Shown here: positions 8,326-17,637 of the stretch, one piece after another
How positions within the stretch are numbered: the first letter of the stretch is position 1
Layout: each line of letters begins with the position of its first letter
Assembly: GCA_964536725.1 (NCBI GenBank)
Contig: CAZHYJ010000002.1
Coordinates: 91,219-155,218, forward strand
Direction: 5' to 3'
Source: an uncultured Gammaproteobacteria bacterium
GTDB taxonomy: Bacteria > Patescibacteriota > Patescibacteriia > Magasanikbacterales > GWA2-37-8
DNA length: 64,000 nucleotides
The notes under the pieces: generated by a model
Database searches by the model: none
What the model saw: only the letters and a program-made list of their open reading frames with translations
Told to the model about the DNA's origin: nothing
Program-made: the position numbers and the translations under genes

Positions 8326-10155
8326 ATGGTTAATACAACTTTTGTTAGTGGTCAGTCGCTTGATATTCAAGCTGAAAAATTGGATGTTTTAAAAAATAAC
8401 TTTCCAGAAATATTTACGGAAGGTAAGATTGACTGTCTAAAATTGAAGCAAACACTTGGTGAGTCAGTTAGTACCGATAGTGAACGATATGGTTTGAGTT
8501 GGGCTGGTAAGAGCAACTGTTTTAATGACATTCAGACGCCTACTATGGCGACTTTGGTGCCAAACAGGGACGAATCAGTGGATTTTGATAAGACTAAGAA
8601 TTTGTTTATTGAGGGTGAAAATCTAGAGGTTCTGAAGGTGTTGCAAAAAAGTTATCACAGCAAAGTAAAAATGATATATATCGACCCTCCGTACAATACT
8701 GGCACTGATAGTTTTGTTTACCCAGATAACTTTAGTGAGTCAGAGCAAGAATATTTGAAAAAGGCGGGAGACGTGGCGGAGACAGGAGAGTTGCTTAGAG
8801 ATTTTCATAAGAATTCCAAAGATGGTGGTAGATATCATAGTAACTGGTTGAATATGATTTACCCGCGTTTATTTTTAGCGCGTAATTTACTGCGTGAGGA
8901 TGGAGTTATTTTTGTGTCTATTGACGATAATGAAGCGCATAATCTACGTATGGTGATGAACGAGGTCTTTGGCGAGGAAAATTTTATTGGATCAATGATT
9001 CGCAAATCCAAGATAGGCGGCGGTTCTGATAGCAAATTTATCGTTAAGGAGCATGAATATTTAATTGTTTTTGCAAAAGATGCTCAGGGTTTGCCAGAAA
9101 TGTTTACGCCACACAATATAGAATATTTAAAACGCTACAAAGAAGAAGACGAAAATGGAAAATATTTTTGGGATACGTTTTCGAGACCTGGTCTAAAAAA
9201 TCCAATAAATTATGATGTTAAATTGCCAGACGGAACATTTAAAAACGGTGATTGGATAAGGTCTAAAGATAGATTTGAAGATGATTTAGAAAACGAAGAA
9301 ATCAGGTTTGTAAAAAAAGAAGACGGGTCTTGGAGTGTGCAGTTTAAACAATATTTGAATGAAGATGGTAAAAAACCAAGGTCTTTTTCTTCTGACTTAG
9401 GTTCGACAATTGATGGGAAAAAAGACATAAAAAGAATATTTGAAAACTCTAAAATCTTTTCGTACCCAAAGCCGGTAAAATTAATTAAGTTTATCGTTGA
9501 TATAGTAACTGAACCCGGGGATATCGTCTTAGATTTTTTTGCTGGATCAGGGACAACAGCAGATGCGATAATGCAATTGAATTCAATGAATGATGGTGAT
9601 AGAAATTTTATTTTAGTACAGATACCAGAACAAACCGACATAAAGAGTGTGGCATATAAGGAGGGGTATAAGACGATATCTGCTATTTGTGTCGAAAGAA
9701 TATGTCGTGCAAGTAATAAGATTAAAAAAGATTTGGAAAGCAAGCATATCGCAGACGTCGGTTTTAAAGTTTTAAAGTTGGAACAGAGTAATTTTAAAAT
9801 TTGGCGCGCAAGTAGTAACGATAGTGCCACAACATTGCAAGCCAAACTCGAGGACGTGGTGGAGAATGTTAAGTCAAAAGCAAATAAGGAAAGTATTCTT
9901 TTGGAACTCTTGCTTAAGTCCGGTGTTGAGCCAACTGTTGAGGTGGAAGACAAGAAGGATTTTTATTTAGTCAAAGAACATCAACTAGCAATTTGCCTAG
10001 CTGATAAAATTACCGAAAAAATAGTAGCAGATATTGTTGCCGAAAAACCTAAAACTGTTTTGTGTTTGGATACTTCGTTTGTCGGCAACGACCAGTTAAA
10101 AACCAATATCGCGCTTCAGCTTAAAAGTGAGGGGGTTGAGTTTAAAGTGGTATGA
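8326..10155 (+). CDS. mod: Type III restriction-modification methyltransferase (Mod), beta-class N6-adenine/N4-cytosine MTase
   Basis: DPPYNTG (motif IV, about nt 8683) comes before FFAGSGTTADA (motif I, about nt 9535). That circular permutation is typical of Type III Mod. 609 aa. Its stop overlaps the next start as ATGA. Confidence 0.85.
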   Translation: MVNTTFVSGQSLDIQAEKLDVLKNNFPEIFTEGKIDCLKLKQTLGESVSTDSERYGLSWAGKSNCFNDIQTPTMATLVPNRDESVDFDKTKNLFIEGENLEVLKVLQKSYHSKVKMIYIDPPYNTGTDSFVYPDNFSESEQEYLKKAGDVAETGELLRDFHKNSKDGGRYHSNWLNMIYPRLFLARNLLREDGVIFVSIDDNEAHNLRMVMNEVFGEENFIGSMIRKSKIGGGSDSKFIVKEHEYLIVFAKDAQGLPEMFTPHNIEYLKRYKEEDENGKYFWDTFSRPGLKNPINYDVKLPDGTFKNGDWIRSKDRFEDDLENEEIRFVKKEDGSWSVQFKQYLNEDGKKPRSFSSDLGSTIDGKKDIKRIFENSKIFSYPKPVKLIKFIVDIVTEPGDIVLDFFAGSGTTADAIMQLNSMNDGDRNFILVQIPEQTDIKSVAYKEGYKTISAICVERICRASNKIKKDLESKHIADVGFKVLKLEQSNFKIWRASSNDSATTLQAKLEDVVENVKSKANKESILLELLLKSGVEPTVEVEDKKDFYLVKEHQLAICLADKITEKIVADIVAEKPKTVLCLDTSFVGNDQLKTNIALQLKSEGVEFKVV

Positions 10156-11915
10156 AGATAAAAAAAGTAATCCTAGAAAACTTTAGAGCATATAGAGAAA
10201 AAATTTGTATAGATTTTGACGACATGACAGTTTTGATTGGGCAGAATGATGTTGGCAAGTCATCTTGGCTGGAAGCTCTTGATATTTTTTTTGAGGCTGG
10301 TGTGGTTAAGGTAGAGCCAAAAGACAGTACCATTAAAGAGTCCGAAACATTTTTTGTAACAGTGGTTTTTGCCCCACCAGAAAAAATCGTTATTGATGCA
10401 CAAGCCACGACCGTGTTAAGTGATGAGTTTTTGCTTAATGCGGATGCGGATTTGGAAATAAAAAGATGTTTTAAAAATGGCAAGGCTGGGAAAACTTTCA
10501 TAGTTGCCAACCATCCAACAAACAAGGAGTTGAAGGGGTTAATATCCCAAAAAATAGACGAGCTGAAGGATCTTGCGAGTAAATTGGGTGTCAAAGATGA
10601 AGCTGTTGAAAATAAAACTAAATCAGCTTCTTGGCGCAAGGCGATTAGAGATGCTGTGGAATTAGAATTTGGTTACCAAGAGATCGATATCGAGGGGGCG
10701 AAGGATATTTGGGCGCAAATAGAAAAGCAATTTCCAGTGTATAGTTTGTTTCAGTCTGACAGAAAAAATATTGATACAGATAACGAAGTGCAGGATCCTT
10801 TAAAAGCGGCTACAAAAATAATTCTTGCCAGGGAAGAGATAAAAGCCCTGCTTGGAGATTTGGAGACAAAGGTCAAATTAGCAACTGAAGAAATATCTAA
10901 CAAGACATTGGAGAAATTAAACGAAATGAATCCTGAATTAGCAAAGCATTTGCATGCTGATTTTGACAAACCCAAGTGGGACTTAGTCTTTAAACCGTTT
11001 ATAGATACTGACGATGGTGTCCCTTTAAACAAAAGAGGTAGTGGTGTTCGAAGAATGATATTGTTAAATTTTCTTAGGGCTGAGGCAGAGCGCAAAGCAG
11101 AAGGTGAGAAAAAAGATTTAATCTATGCGATTGAGGAACCAGAAACTTCGCAGCATCCTTTCCACCAAAGAATGATGATTGAGGCTTTGTTAGAACTTTC
11201 AAAAAGACACAATATCCAAGTGATTATAACGACGCATAGTCCGCAACTTATTAAAGATGTTGGATACAAGAATATACGTTTTATAGCTAAAACCGAAGAT
11301 AAAGCTAGACAAATAATATCTGGTGAAAAAGCAATGCAAATGACAATTAATGAGTTGGGTGAGTTGCCAAGAATTGATGGGGGTTACCTGTTTTGTGTTG
11401 AAGGCCAAAATGATGTTTCGTTTTTTAGAAATGTAGCAGGGGTGGTTAACTTATTTGATCTTAACAACATTCCGATATTACCTTTAAATGGTGGTTTTAT
11501 TAAAAAGTGGGCTGAGGAACATTATTTGGAAAATACTGATGTAAAGGAGTTTCATCTTTATGATCGTGATAATAAGGACGAAAGATACAAAGCAACAGCC
11601 GAGAAAGTTAGTAGCTGGCCTAATGCGCAAGCTGTTATAACCAAGAAGAGGGAGATCGAAAATTATGTTCACCCCAGTTTGATTAATGATAAATTTGGTT
11701 TAGACTTGGTTTTTGACGGATCTTGGGACGACAAGAATATTCCCAAAATATGTGCAGATAGAACTGGGGAAAAGGAGGAAGTGATAAAAGAAATTATTTG
11801 CGGTGAGTTATCCGTTAAAATGACAAAAGATTTTTTTGAAGAAATAGAAGCGTGGGATGAGGTAAGGGGCTGGTTTGAGCAAATGAATAAATTAGCGTTA
11901 AGTGGTTCAAAATAA
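10152..11915 (+). CDS. OLD-family ABC ATPase + C-terminal TOPRIM nuclease (class-1 OLD-like, 587 aa)
   Basis: N-terminus has Walker A GQNDVGKSS, Walker B/D-loop DLIYAIEEPETSQHP and H-loop ITTHSPQLI. C-terminus has a Toprim glutamate (LFCVEGQNDVSFF) and a DxD motif (HLYDRDN). Length and architecture match P2 Old. Confidence 0.75.
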   Translation: MKIKKVILENFRAYREKICIDFDDMTVLIGQNDVGKSSWLEALDIFFEAGVVKVEPKDSTIKESETFFVTVVFAPPEKIVIDAQATTVLSDEFLLNADADLEIKRCFKNGKAGKTFIVANHPTNKELKGLISQKIDELKDLASKLGVKDEAVENKTKSASWRKAIRDAVELEFGYQEIDIEGAKDIWAQIEKQFPVYSLFQSDRKNIDTDNEVQDPLKAATKIILAREEIKALLGDLETKVKLATEEISNKTLEKLNEMNPELAKHLHADFDKPKWDLVFKPFIDTDDGVPLNKRGSGVRRMILLNFLRAEAERKAEGEKKDLIYAIEEPETSQHPFHQRMMIEALLELSKRHNIQVIITTHSPQLIKDVGYKNIRFIAKTEDKARQIISGEKAMQMTINELGELPRIDGGYLFCVEGQNDVSFFRNVAGVVNLFDLNNIPILPLNGGFIKKWAEEHYLENTDVKEFHLYDRDNKDERYKATAEKVSSWPNAQAVITKKREIENYVHPSLINDKFGLDLVFDGSWDDKNIPKICADRTGEKEEVIKEIICGELSVKMTKDFFEEIEAWDEVRGWFEQMNKLALSGSK

Positions 11916-11922
11916 ACTTATT

Positions 11923-14604
11923 ATGAAACTCCAATTCGACCCAAATCAACAGTATCAACTTGATGCCATCAAATCCACGGTGGACGTTTTTGAAGGTCAG
12001 CCATTATCTGGTGGCGATTTTGAATTTACGCTCCTTCACACACAAAGTGGTTTGCGGTTGCCTAGTACCGGAGTAGCCAATAATTTGTTAATTGATGCTC
12101 AGACGATGCTTAATAATGTTAATGTGGTTAAAGAGAGGAACGGAGTACCGCTAGAAAAGGATGGAACGTCATTGGGTGTAGTGGAAATTGGGGCTGGGGT
12201 CTTTCCCCAGTTTACAATCGAAATGGAAACTGCGACCGGTAAGACCTATGTCTACCTTCGTACCGTATATGAGTTAAACAAGCAGTATGGCTTTAAGAAG
12301 TTTATCATTGTGGTTCCGAGTATAGCTATCCGAGAAGGTGTACTAAAGAATTTGGAAATAACCAAAGACCATTTTGCCTCATTGTACAATAATGTTCCAG
12401 TGGATTATTTTGTCTATGACAGTCGGAAGCTTGGTAAACTTAGAGGCTTTGCCACTGGTAATACTTTACAAATAATGGTGATTAACATCGATGCCTTTAA
12501 CAAGGATATTAACATAATGCACCAAGATGTGGACCGGCTGCAAGGTAAGCCAATAGATTTTATACGACAAACTTCCCCGATAGTAGTGATGGACGAACCA
12601 CAAAACATGGAGTCGGACACAGCCAAAAAAGCCATTGCAAGTTTAAATCCTCTATGCACTTTTAGATACAGTGCTACTCACCGCAATTATTACAACTTGT
12701 TATACAAGTTAGATCCAGTGCAAGCATACGACCTTGGATTGGTAAAAAAAATAGAAGTAGATTCGGTGCTTTCTGACTCTGATGCAAACAACGCTTTTGT
12801 GCAGTTGGTTTCTATCGACAGCAAAAAGAAAGGTATAACCGCCAAAATCAAAATTCATGTAAATGAGAAAGACGGAGCATCTTCAAAGCAAGTAACAATA
12901 AAACCAGGGAGTGACTTGTTTGAGTTATCCAAGGAGCGGGAAGTTTATAAAAGTGGTTTTACCGTAGAAGGGATTGACGCAGAAAATGGCTATATCGAAT
13001 TTAGCAATGGTGTTGTCATTAAAAACGGTGAGACGCGTGGTGGTTTGTCCGATGAAATAATGAAGGAACAAATCCGTGAAACTATTCGCGAGCACTTTGA
13101 GAAAGAGTTGAAGTTGACTGCCAAGGGTATAAAAGTTTTGTCTTTGTTCTTTATAGACAGGGTGGCAAATTACCGCGCCTATAGTGGTAACGAACAACAG
13201 AAGGGTAAAATCGCCCAGTGGTTTGAAGAAATTTATAGTGAGATGGCGAAGTTGGAGAAGTACAAGGAGCTGAACTTGGCGGAGGCAGGATTGGTGCACA
13301 ATGGCTATTTTTCGATAGACAACAAAGGACATGTAAAAGACACTAATGGTCAGACACAGGCAGATGACGATACTTATGCTTTAATTATGAAGGACAAAGA
13401 GAGACTGCTGTCTTTTAGAGAACCGTTAAGATTTATTTTTTCTCACTCTGCCTTGCGTGAAGGTTGGGACAGTCCAAACGTTTTTCAAATTTGTACACTA
13501 AACGAAACGAAATCAGAATTAAAAAAACGACAAGAAATTGGTCGTGGTTTGAGATTGGCAGTCAACCAAGATGGCGAGCGTATTTTTGACACCACGATTA
13601 ATCGTTTGACTGTTATTGCTAATGAGAGTTATGAAGAGTTTGCTAATAAACTACAAACAGAGATACATGACGAGTGTGGGGTAGACTTTACTGGTAGAAT
13701 AAAAAATAAGAAAAAATCTAAAGTGGTGAAGGTGAAGAAAGGTTACCAGTTAGATGAAAACTTTAAAGCACTTTGGGATAAGATAAAGCAAAAGACCAAG
13801 TACCAGGTGGAATTTAAAACTGATGAATTGATTGCAAAATCTGCTAAGGCAGTAAAAGAAATGTCTCGAATAGAGTCAATTAAAATAAAAGTAAGCAAAG
13901 CCAGGATTGAAATGAAGCAGGAGGGAATTTTTGCTACTCCGCCATCGAGAGAGAAGGATATTGAGTTTGTAATTAACGACCTTTTTATTCCCGACGTTTT
14001 GCACTACATACAAACCAAAGTGGAGCTTACCAGAGATACTATCTACAAAATTATTTTGAAATCAGACAGGTTGGACGATATACTGGTTAACCCACAACAA
14101 TTTGTTGATCAAGTGTCAGAGATAATTAGATTTACCTTACAGCAGATGATGGTGGACGGAATTAAGTATGAGAAGATAGCTGGGCAGGAATATAAGATGA
14201 CATTGTTTGAGTCGGAGGAACTAATGGTATATTTGAGCGACAAAAATACTTACGAGGTCAAAGACAAAGCAAAGACTGTTTATGATTATTATGAACTAGA
14301 CTCAGAAGTTGAGTCAGATTTTATTAAAGCATTGGAAGAGCGTGAGGATATTTTGTTCTACGTTAAATTACCTCGGTGGTTTACCATTGGTACACCGATT
14401 GGTACATATAATCCAGATTGGGCGATTGTGTTTGAGGGTGATAAGAAGTTGTATTTTGTGGCTGAGACAAAGGGAACTAACAAGGTGGAACAATTGAAAT
14501 TGTCAGAGCAGTTAAAGATTAGGTGCGGTGAAAAACATTTTGCAGAATTTGAAGGTGTAGAATTTAAAGCGCCGGTGGTTGGATTGCAGGATGTGTTAAA
14601 ATAA
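11923..14604 (+). CDS. res: Type III restriction enzyme Res subunit (SF2 helicase + C-terminal PD-(D/E)XK endonuclease)
   Basis: MKLQFDPNQQYQLDAI start. Motif I METATGKTYVYL, motif II DEPQN, motif III SAT. C-terminal YNPDW..FEGD..FVAETKG nuclease motif. The ORF track starts at a GTG at 11902, but the ATG at 11923, 8 nt past the old stop, is preferred. Confidence 0.85.
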   Translation: MKLQFDPNQQYQLDAIKSTVDVFEGQPLSGGDFEFTLLHTQSGLRLPSTGVANNLLIDAQTMLNNVNVVKERNGVPLEKDGTSLGVVEIGAGVFPQFTIEMETATGKTYVYLRTVYELNKQYGFKKFIIVVPSIAIREGVLKNLEITKDHFASLYNNVPVDYFVYDSRKLGKLRGFATGNTLQIMVINIDAFNKDINIMHQDVDRLQGKPIDFIRQTSPIVVMDEPQNMESDTAKKAIASLNPLCTFRYSATHRNYYNLLYKLDPVQAYDLGLVKKIEVDSVLSDSDANNAFVQLVSIDSKKKGITAKIKIHVNEKDGASSKQVTIKPGSDLFELSKEREVYKSGFTVEGIDAENGYIEFSNGVVIKNGETRGGLSDEIMKEQIRETIREHFEKELKLTAKGIKVLSLFFIDRVANYRAYSGNEQQKGKIAQWFEEIYSEMAKLEKYKELNLAEAGLVHNGYFSIDNKGHVKDTNGQTQADDDTYALIMKDKERLLSFREPLRFIFSHSALREGWDSPNVFQICTLNETKSELKKRQEIGRGLRLAVNQDGERIFDTTINRLTVIANESYEEFANKLQTEIHDECGVDFTGRIKNKKKSKVVKVKKGYQLDENFKALWDKIKQKTKYQVEFKTDELIAKSAKAVKEMSRIESIKIKVSKARIEMKQEGIFATPPSREKDIEFVINDLFIPDVLHYIQTKVELTRDTIYKIILKSDRLDDILVNPQQFVDQVSEIIRFTLQQMMVDGIKYEKIAGQEYKMTLFESEELMVYLSDKNTYEVKDKAKTVYDYYELDSEVESDFIKALEEREDILFYVKLPRWFTIGTPIGTYNPDWAIVFEGDKKLYFVAETKGTNKVEQLKLSEQLKIRCGEKHFAEFEGVEFKAPVVGLQDVLK

Positions 14605-14609
14605 ATATT

Positions 14610-15053
14610 ATGACTGGAGTAAAAGTTGTCTCTGAAGAATTTGTGCAACGTACAATTATTTGTTGGTTATCAAGTCATGGTTGGGGAGCGAGTTTGCGGT
14701 TTGGCGCATTACATGATAAGGGTGTGGATATTAAAGTTAGACACAATAAATATTCTAGATATTTTTTGATTGAAACAAAAGGTGAGGGAAGTGCTACTTC
14801 TAAATCACGTAATTCCCAAAAAGAAACCCATTTTGTTTTTGGTTTAGGACAGATAGTGACGCGTATGAATTGTGGTGGTAGTACTAGAAATTATTATGGT
14901 TTAGGATTGCCTGAATCTAGTGCTAAAATTGCTCTGCGTCGTTTGCCTTGGCAGGTTGCTAAAAAATTATTACTGCATATATTTTCTGTTAACGGAAACG
15001 GCGAGGTAGTACAATTTAGTTGGAAGGAATTAAAAAAAATTCAAGAAAAATAG
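14610..15053 (+). CDS. small PD-(D/E)XK-fold protein (Hjc/Mrr-like), 147 aa, trailing the res gene
   Basis: Starts 5 nt after the res stop. GVDIKV...YFLIETKGEG fits a D..(D/E)xK nuclease core. Size and pattern resemble Hjc/Mrr-cat mini-nucleases. This is a motif-level call only. Confidence 0.35.
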   Translation: MTGVKVVSEEFVQRTIICWLSSHGWGASLRFGALHDKGVDIKVRHNKYSRYFLIETKGEGSATSKSRNSQKETHFVFGLGQIVTRMNCGGSTRNYYGLGLPESSAKIALRRLPWQVAKKLLLHIFSVNGNGEVVQFSWKELKKIQEK

Positions 15054-15078
15054 GTTAATTGTTATTAGTCAACTTCTT

Positions 15079-15834
15079 ATGTCCCAATACTACAACCCCC
15101 AACGCACCACCAAAATGTACACCGGCCTGTCTTCCGATAAACCGTTCGCATTGTCCCGTTCCAAAATTGACCTTTTCCTAGAGTGTCCGCGTTGTTTTTA
15201 TCTTGATCGCAAACTGGGTGTTGGACGCCCACCAGGATTTCCGTTTAATTTAAATACAGCGGTTGATCATCTTTTAAAATTAGAATTTGATATTCATCGG
15301 GTGAACGGGACCAAACATCCGTTGATTGAAAAATATGGCGTTGATGCTCAGCCGGTCGCGCATCGTGATTTGGATAAATGGCGTGCCAATTTTACCGGTG
15401 TGCGCTATTTGCATACTCCCACCAATTTGATGATCTTTGGCGCGATTGATGATCTGTGGATAAATTCTAAAGGTGAATATATTGTGGTGGATTACAAAGC
15501 CACATCAAAAGATGAGAAAATTACCAAATTAAACCAAGGTTGGCAGATTGGGTACAAACGACAGATGGAAGTATATCAGTGGCTTTTGCGTCAGAATGGT
15601 TTTAAGGTTTCTAATACTGGATATTTTGTCTATTGCAATGGTCAAAAAGATCGTAAAGCTTTTGATGGTAAATTGGAATTTGATGTGACTTTGATTGCGT
15701 ACAAGGGTGATGATTCGTGGGTGGAGAAAACTATTGTTAAAGCGCACAAGTGTTTGAACGGTGGTAAGATTCCGAAGGCGAGCGGGGAGTGTGATTATTG
15801 TAATTATATTAAGGCGGTGAATAGTAAATTATAA
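15079..15834 (+). CDS. Cas4/RecB-like PD-(D/E)XK nuclease-family protein with 4-Cys cluster
   Basis: N-terminal CPRC. GAIDDLW...IVVDYKATS gives the D..D-x-K nuclease motif. C-terminal C-x14-CDYC. About 250 aa, the usual size for standalone Cas4-like nucleases. Confidence 0.65.
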   Translation: MSQYYNPQRTTKMYTGLSSDKPFALSRSKIDLFLECPRCFYLDRKLGVGRPPGFPFNLNTAVDHLLKLEFDIHRVNGTKHPLIEKYGVDAQPVAHRDLDKWRANFTGVRYLHTPTNLMIFGAIDDLWINSKGEYIVVDYKATSKDEKITKLNQGWQIGYKRQMEVYQWLLRQNGFKVSNTGYFVYCNGQKDRKAFDGKLEFDVTLIAYKGDDSWVEKTIVKAHKCLNGGKIPKASGECDYCNYIKAVNSKL

Positions 15835-15840
15835 TATATT

Positions 15841-16122
15841 ATGTCTAAACGTAAATTTGAAATTATAATAGGTGTTGTTGGTTTATTAGTTGTGGTTGGT
15901 TGTTTTGCTGCGGCCGAACGGGGGACACATTATTTCAAAATACCAGTATTTAAAACACTATACGATATAGCCAAGGTCTCGGCTGTGGTATTTTATGGAA
16001 TTTGCAAATTGTTTATAGTCGGTATTTGGAATGCTGTAATGAGTAATTGGTTAACTGGATTGGTGTCATTTGGATTAGTCTTGTTGGTGGTGTTGTTATA
16101 CTACTACAGGAAAAATAATTAA
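15841..16122 (+). CDS. small membrane protein (2 TM), 93 aa
   Basis: Two hydrophobic helices. Starts 6 nt after the previous gene. Confidence 0.4.
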   Translation: MSKRKFEIIIGVVGLLVVVGCFAAAERGTHYFKIPVFKTLYDIAKVSAVVFYGICKLFIVGIWNAVMSNWLTGLVSFGLVLLVVLLYYYRKNN

Positions 16123-16205
16123 TAAATCTTCTTTAATATGGGGTCGTTTGAAATTAAGCTTGCGGCCAAAAAAGATCGTTGTAGTAACCCTGATAATTTT
16201 AAGAA

Positions 16206-17441
16206 ATGAACCAAGCTAAAGCTTTAAAAATCCTACAATCCGGGGAGAATGTTTTTTTGACTGGTTCTGCTGGTAGTGGAAAGACTTTTTTGTTAAACAA
16301 ATTTGTTGACTACTTAACATGTAAGAAGATAAAGGTGGGGATAACCGCTTCCACCGGTATTGCTGCGACCCATTTAAACGGACGGACTATTCACTCTTGG
16401 TGTGGAATGGGGATTGAAAAGAAGATGAGTGCTAAAAAAATTAAAAAGATGTTGAAGCGACCAGAGTTGTTTGAAAGGATTAAAACTGCTGCCGTTTTGA
16501 TTATCGATGAAATCTCCATGCTCGACGCCGATCGTTTGGATCTGGTTGATAAGATTTGCAAGGCGGTCAGAAATCCCTTTGCTCCGTTTGGTGGAATTCA
16601 AATTGTTTTGTGTGGCGATTTTTTCCAATTGCCCCCGGTCAACAAAGATTCAAAATTTGCTTTTCATTCTTTTGCATGGAAACATTCAAATATCAAAGTC
16701 TGTTATTTAGACGAACAATTTAGACAGGATGATAAGGAGTTTTTAAATGTTTTAAACAAAATACGCGCCAATGAAGTTGGGGAAAAAGAATTGGAGTTGT
16801 TAAAATCTAGATTGCACGAACCGGTTACGCACGCGCCCAAGTTGACCAAGCTCTATACCCACAACATCAATGTGGATGCGTATAATGATTTTGAATTGTC
16901 CAACATCCAAAAGGAAGAAAAAATATATCGTATAACTGAACACGGCCCCGAAGAGTTGGTGAATTTTTTGAAGAAAAGTTATCCTGCTGTGGAAGAATTA
17001 AAGTTGAAAGTTGGTGCGGTGGTGATGTTTATAAAAAACAATTTTGATAGTGGTTATGTCAATGGCACTTTGGGGGAGGTAGTTGATTTTGATGACGGCG
17101 GTTATCCGATTGTTAAAACTAGAAATAAAGAAAAAATTGTTGCTATGCCGTCTAGTTGGAATATTGAGGAAGACGAAGTGGTTTTGGCGAGTATTAGGCA
17201 GGTGCCATTGCGTTTGGCTTGGGCGATAACCGTACACAAAAGTCAGGGGATGAGTCTGGATGCAGCGGAGATAGACCTGTCCAAGTCATTTGAACGTGGT
17301 ATGGGCTATGTGGCTTTATCGCGTGTGCGATCTTTAAGTAGTATCCGTTTGATGGGGATAAATGAAATGGCTTTGCAGGTGAATGAACAGGTGGTTAAAA
17401 AGGATAAGGATTTTAAGGTTTTGTCGGAGCAGAATAAATAG
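16206..17441 (+). CDS. Pif1-family (RecD-like, SF1B) DNA helicase
   Basis: LTGSAGSGKTF (Walker A), TGIAATHLNGRTIHS, LIIDEISM (Walker B), CGDFFQLPPV and VHKSQGMSLD motifs. 411 aa. Confidence 0.8.
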   Translation: MNQAKALKILQSGENVFLTGSAGSGKTFLLNKFVDYLTCKKIKVGITASTGIAATHLNGRTIHSWCGMGIEKKMSAKKIKKMLKRPELFERIKTAAVLIIDEISMLDADRLDLVDKICKAVRNPFAPFGGIQIVLCGDFFQLPPVNKDSKFAFHSFAWKHSNIKVCYLDEQFRQDDKEFLNVLNKIRANEVGEKELELLKSRLHEPVTHAPKLTKLYTHNINVDAYNDFELSNIQKEEKIYRITEHGPEELVNFLKKSYPAVEELKLKVGAVVMFIKNNFDSGYVNGTLGEVVDFDDGGYPIVKTRNKEKIVAMPSSWNIEEDEVVLASIRQVPLRLAWAITVHKSQGMSLDAAEIDLSKSFERGMGYVALSRVRSLSSIRLMGINEMALQVNEQVVKKDKDFKVLSEQNK

Positions 17442-17575
17442 GGTAAAAAAATAACCCCGAAGGGCTATTTCCAACCATGTTTCCTACTGCTGGTTTCCCA
17501 GCCACGCCACCGTCCGGTGACAGTTCGGATAACAGGTTTTTGTAAAATTATTTTATCACAGTTATGATATTTTGC

Positions 17576-17630
17576 ATAGCGCCGACTTTTTGATTTTAGT
17601 TTTTTGTGATAAAATATACCAAAATTAATT
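17576..17630 (+). promoter_or_regulatory. conserved promoter cassette copy A (extended -10 TGaTAAAAT) upstream of the NYN gene
   Basis: ATAGCGCCGACTTTTTGATTTTAGTTTTTTGTGATAAAATATACC. About 85% identical to copy B at 19500-19558. TAAAAT at 17610-17615 is preceded by TGa. Confidence 0.4.
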
Positions 17631-17637
17631 ATTTTTT

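Noticed and set aside
11902-11922. ORF-track GTG start for res overlapping the OLD gene end
   Set aside because: The ATG at 11923 yields the conserved Type III Res N-terminus MKLQFDPNQQYQLDAI without an overlap.
9210-13332. Antisense ORFs inside mod, OLD and res (9210-9953 -, 10142-10639 -, 10751-11095 -, 12925-13332 -)
   Set aside because: They are shadow frames opposite well-supported coding genes, with low-complexity S/L/F-rich translations.
17442-17575. Possible tRNA or structured RNA downstream of the Pif1 gene (GGTTTCCCAGCCACGCCACCGTCCGGTGACAGTTCGG)
   Set aside because: No T-loop GGTTCRANYC, no cloverleaf arms and no acceptor complementarity. Probably a degenerate terminator or spacer.
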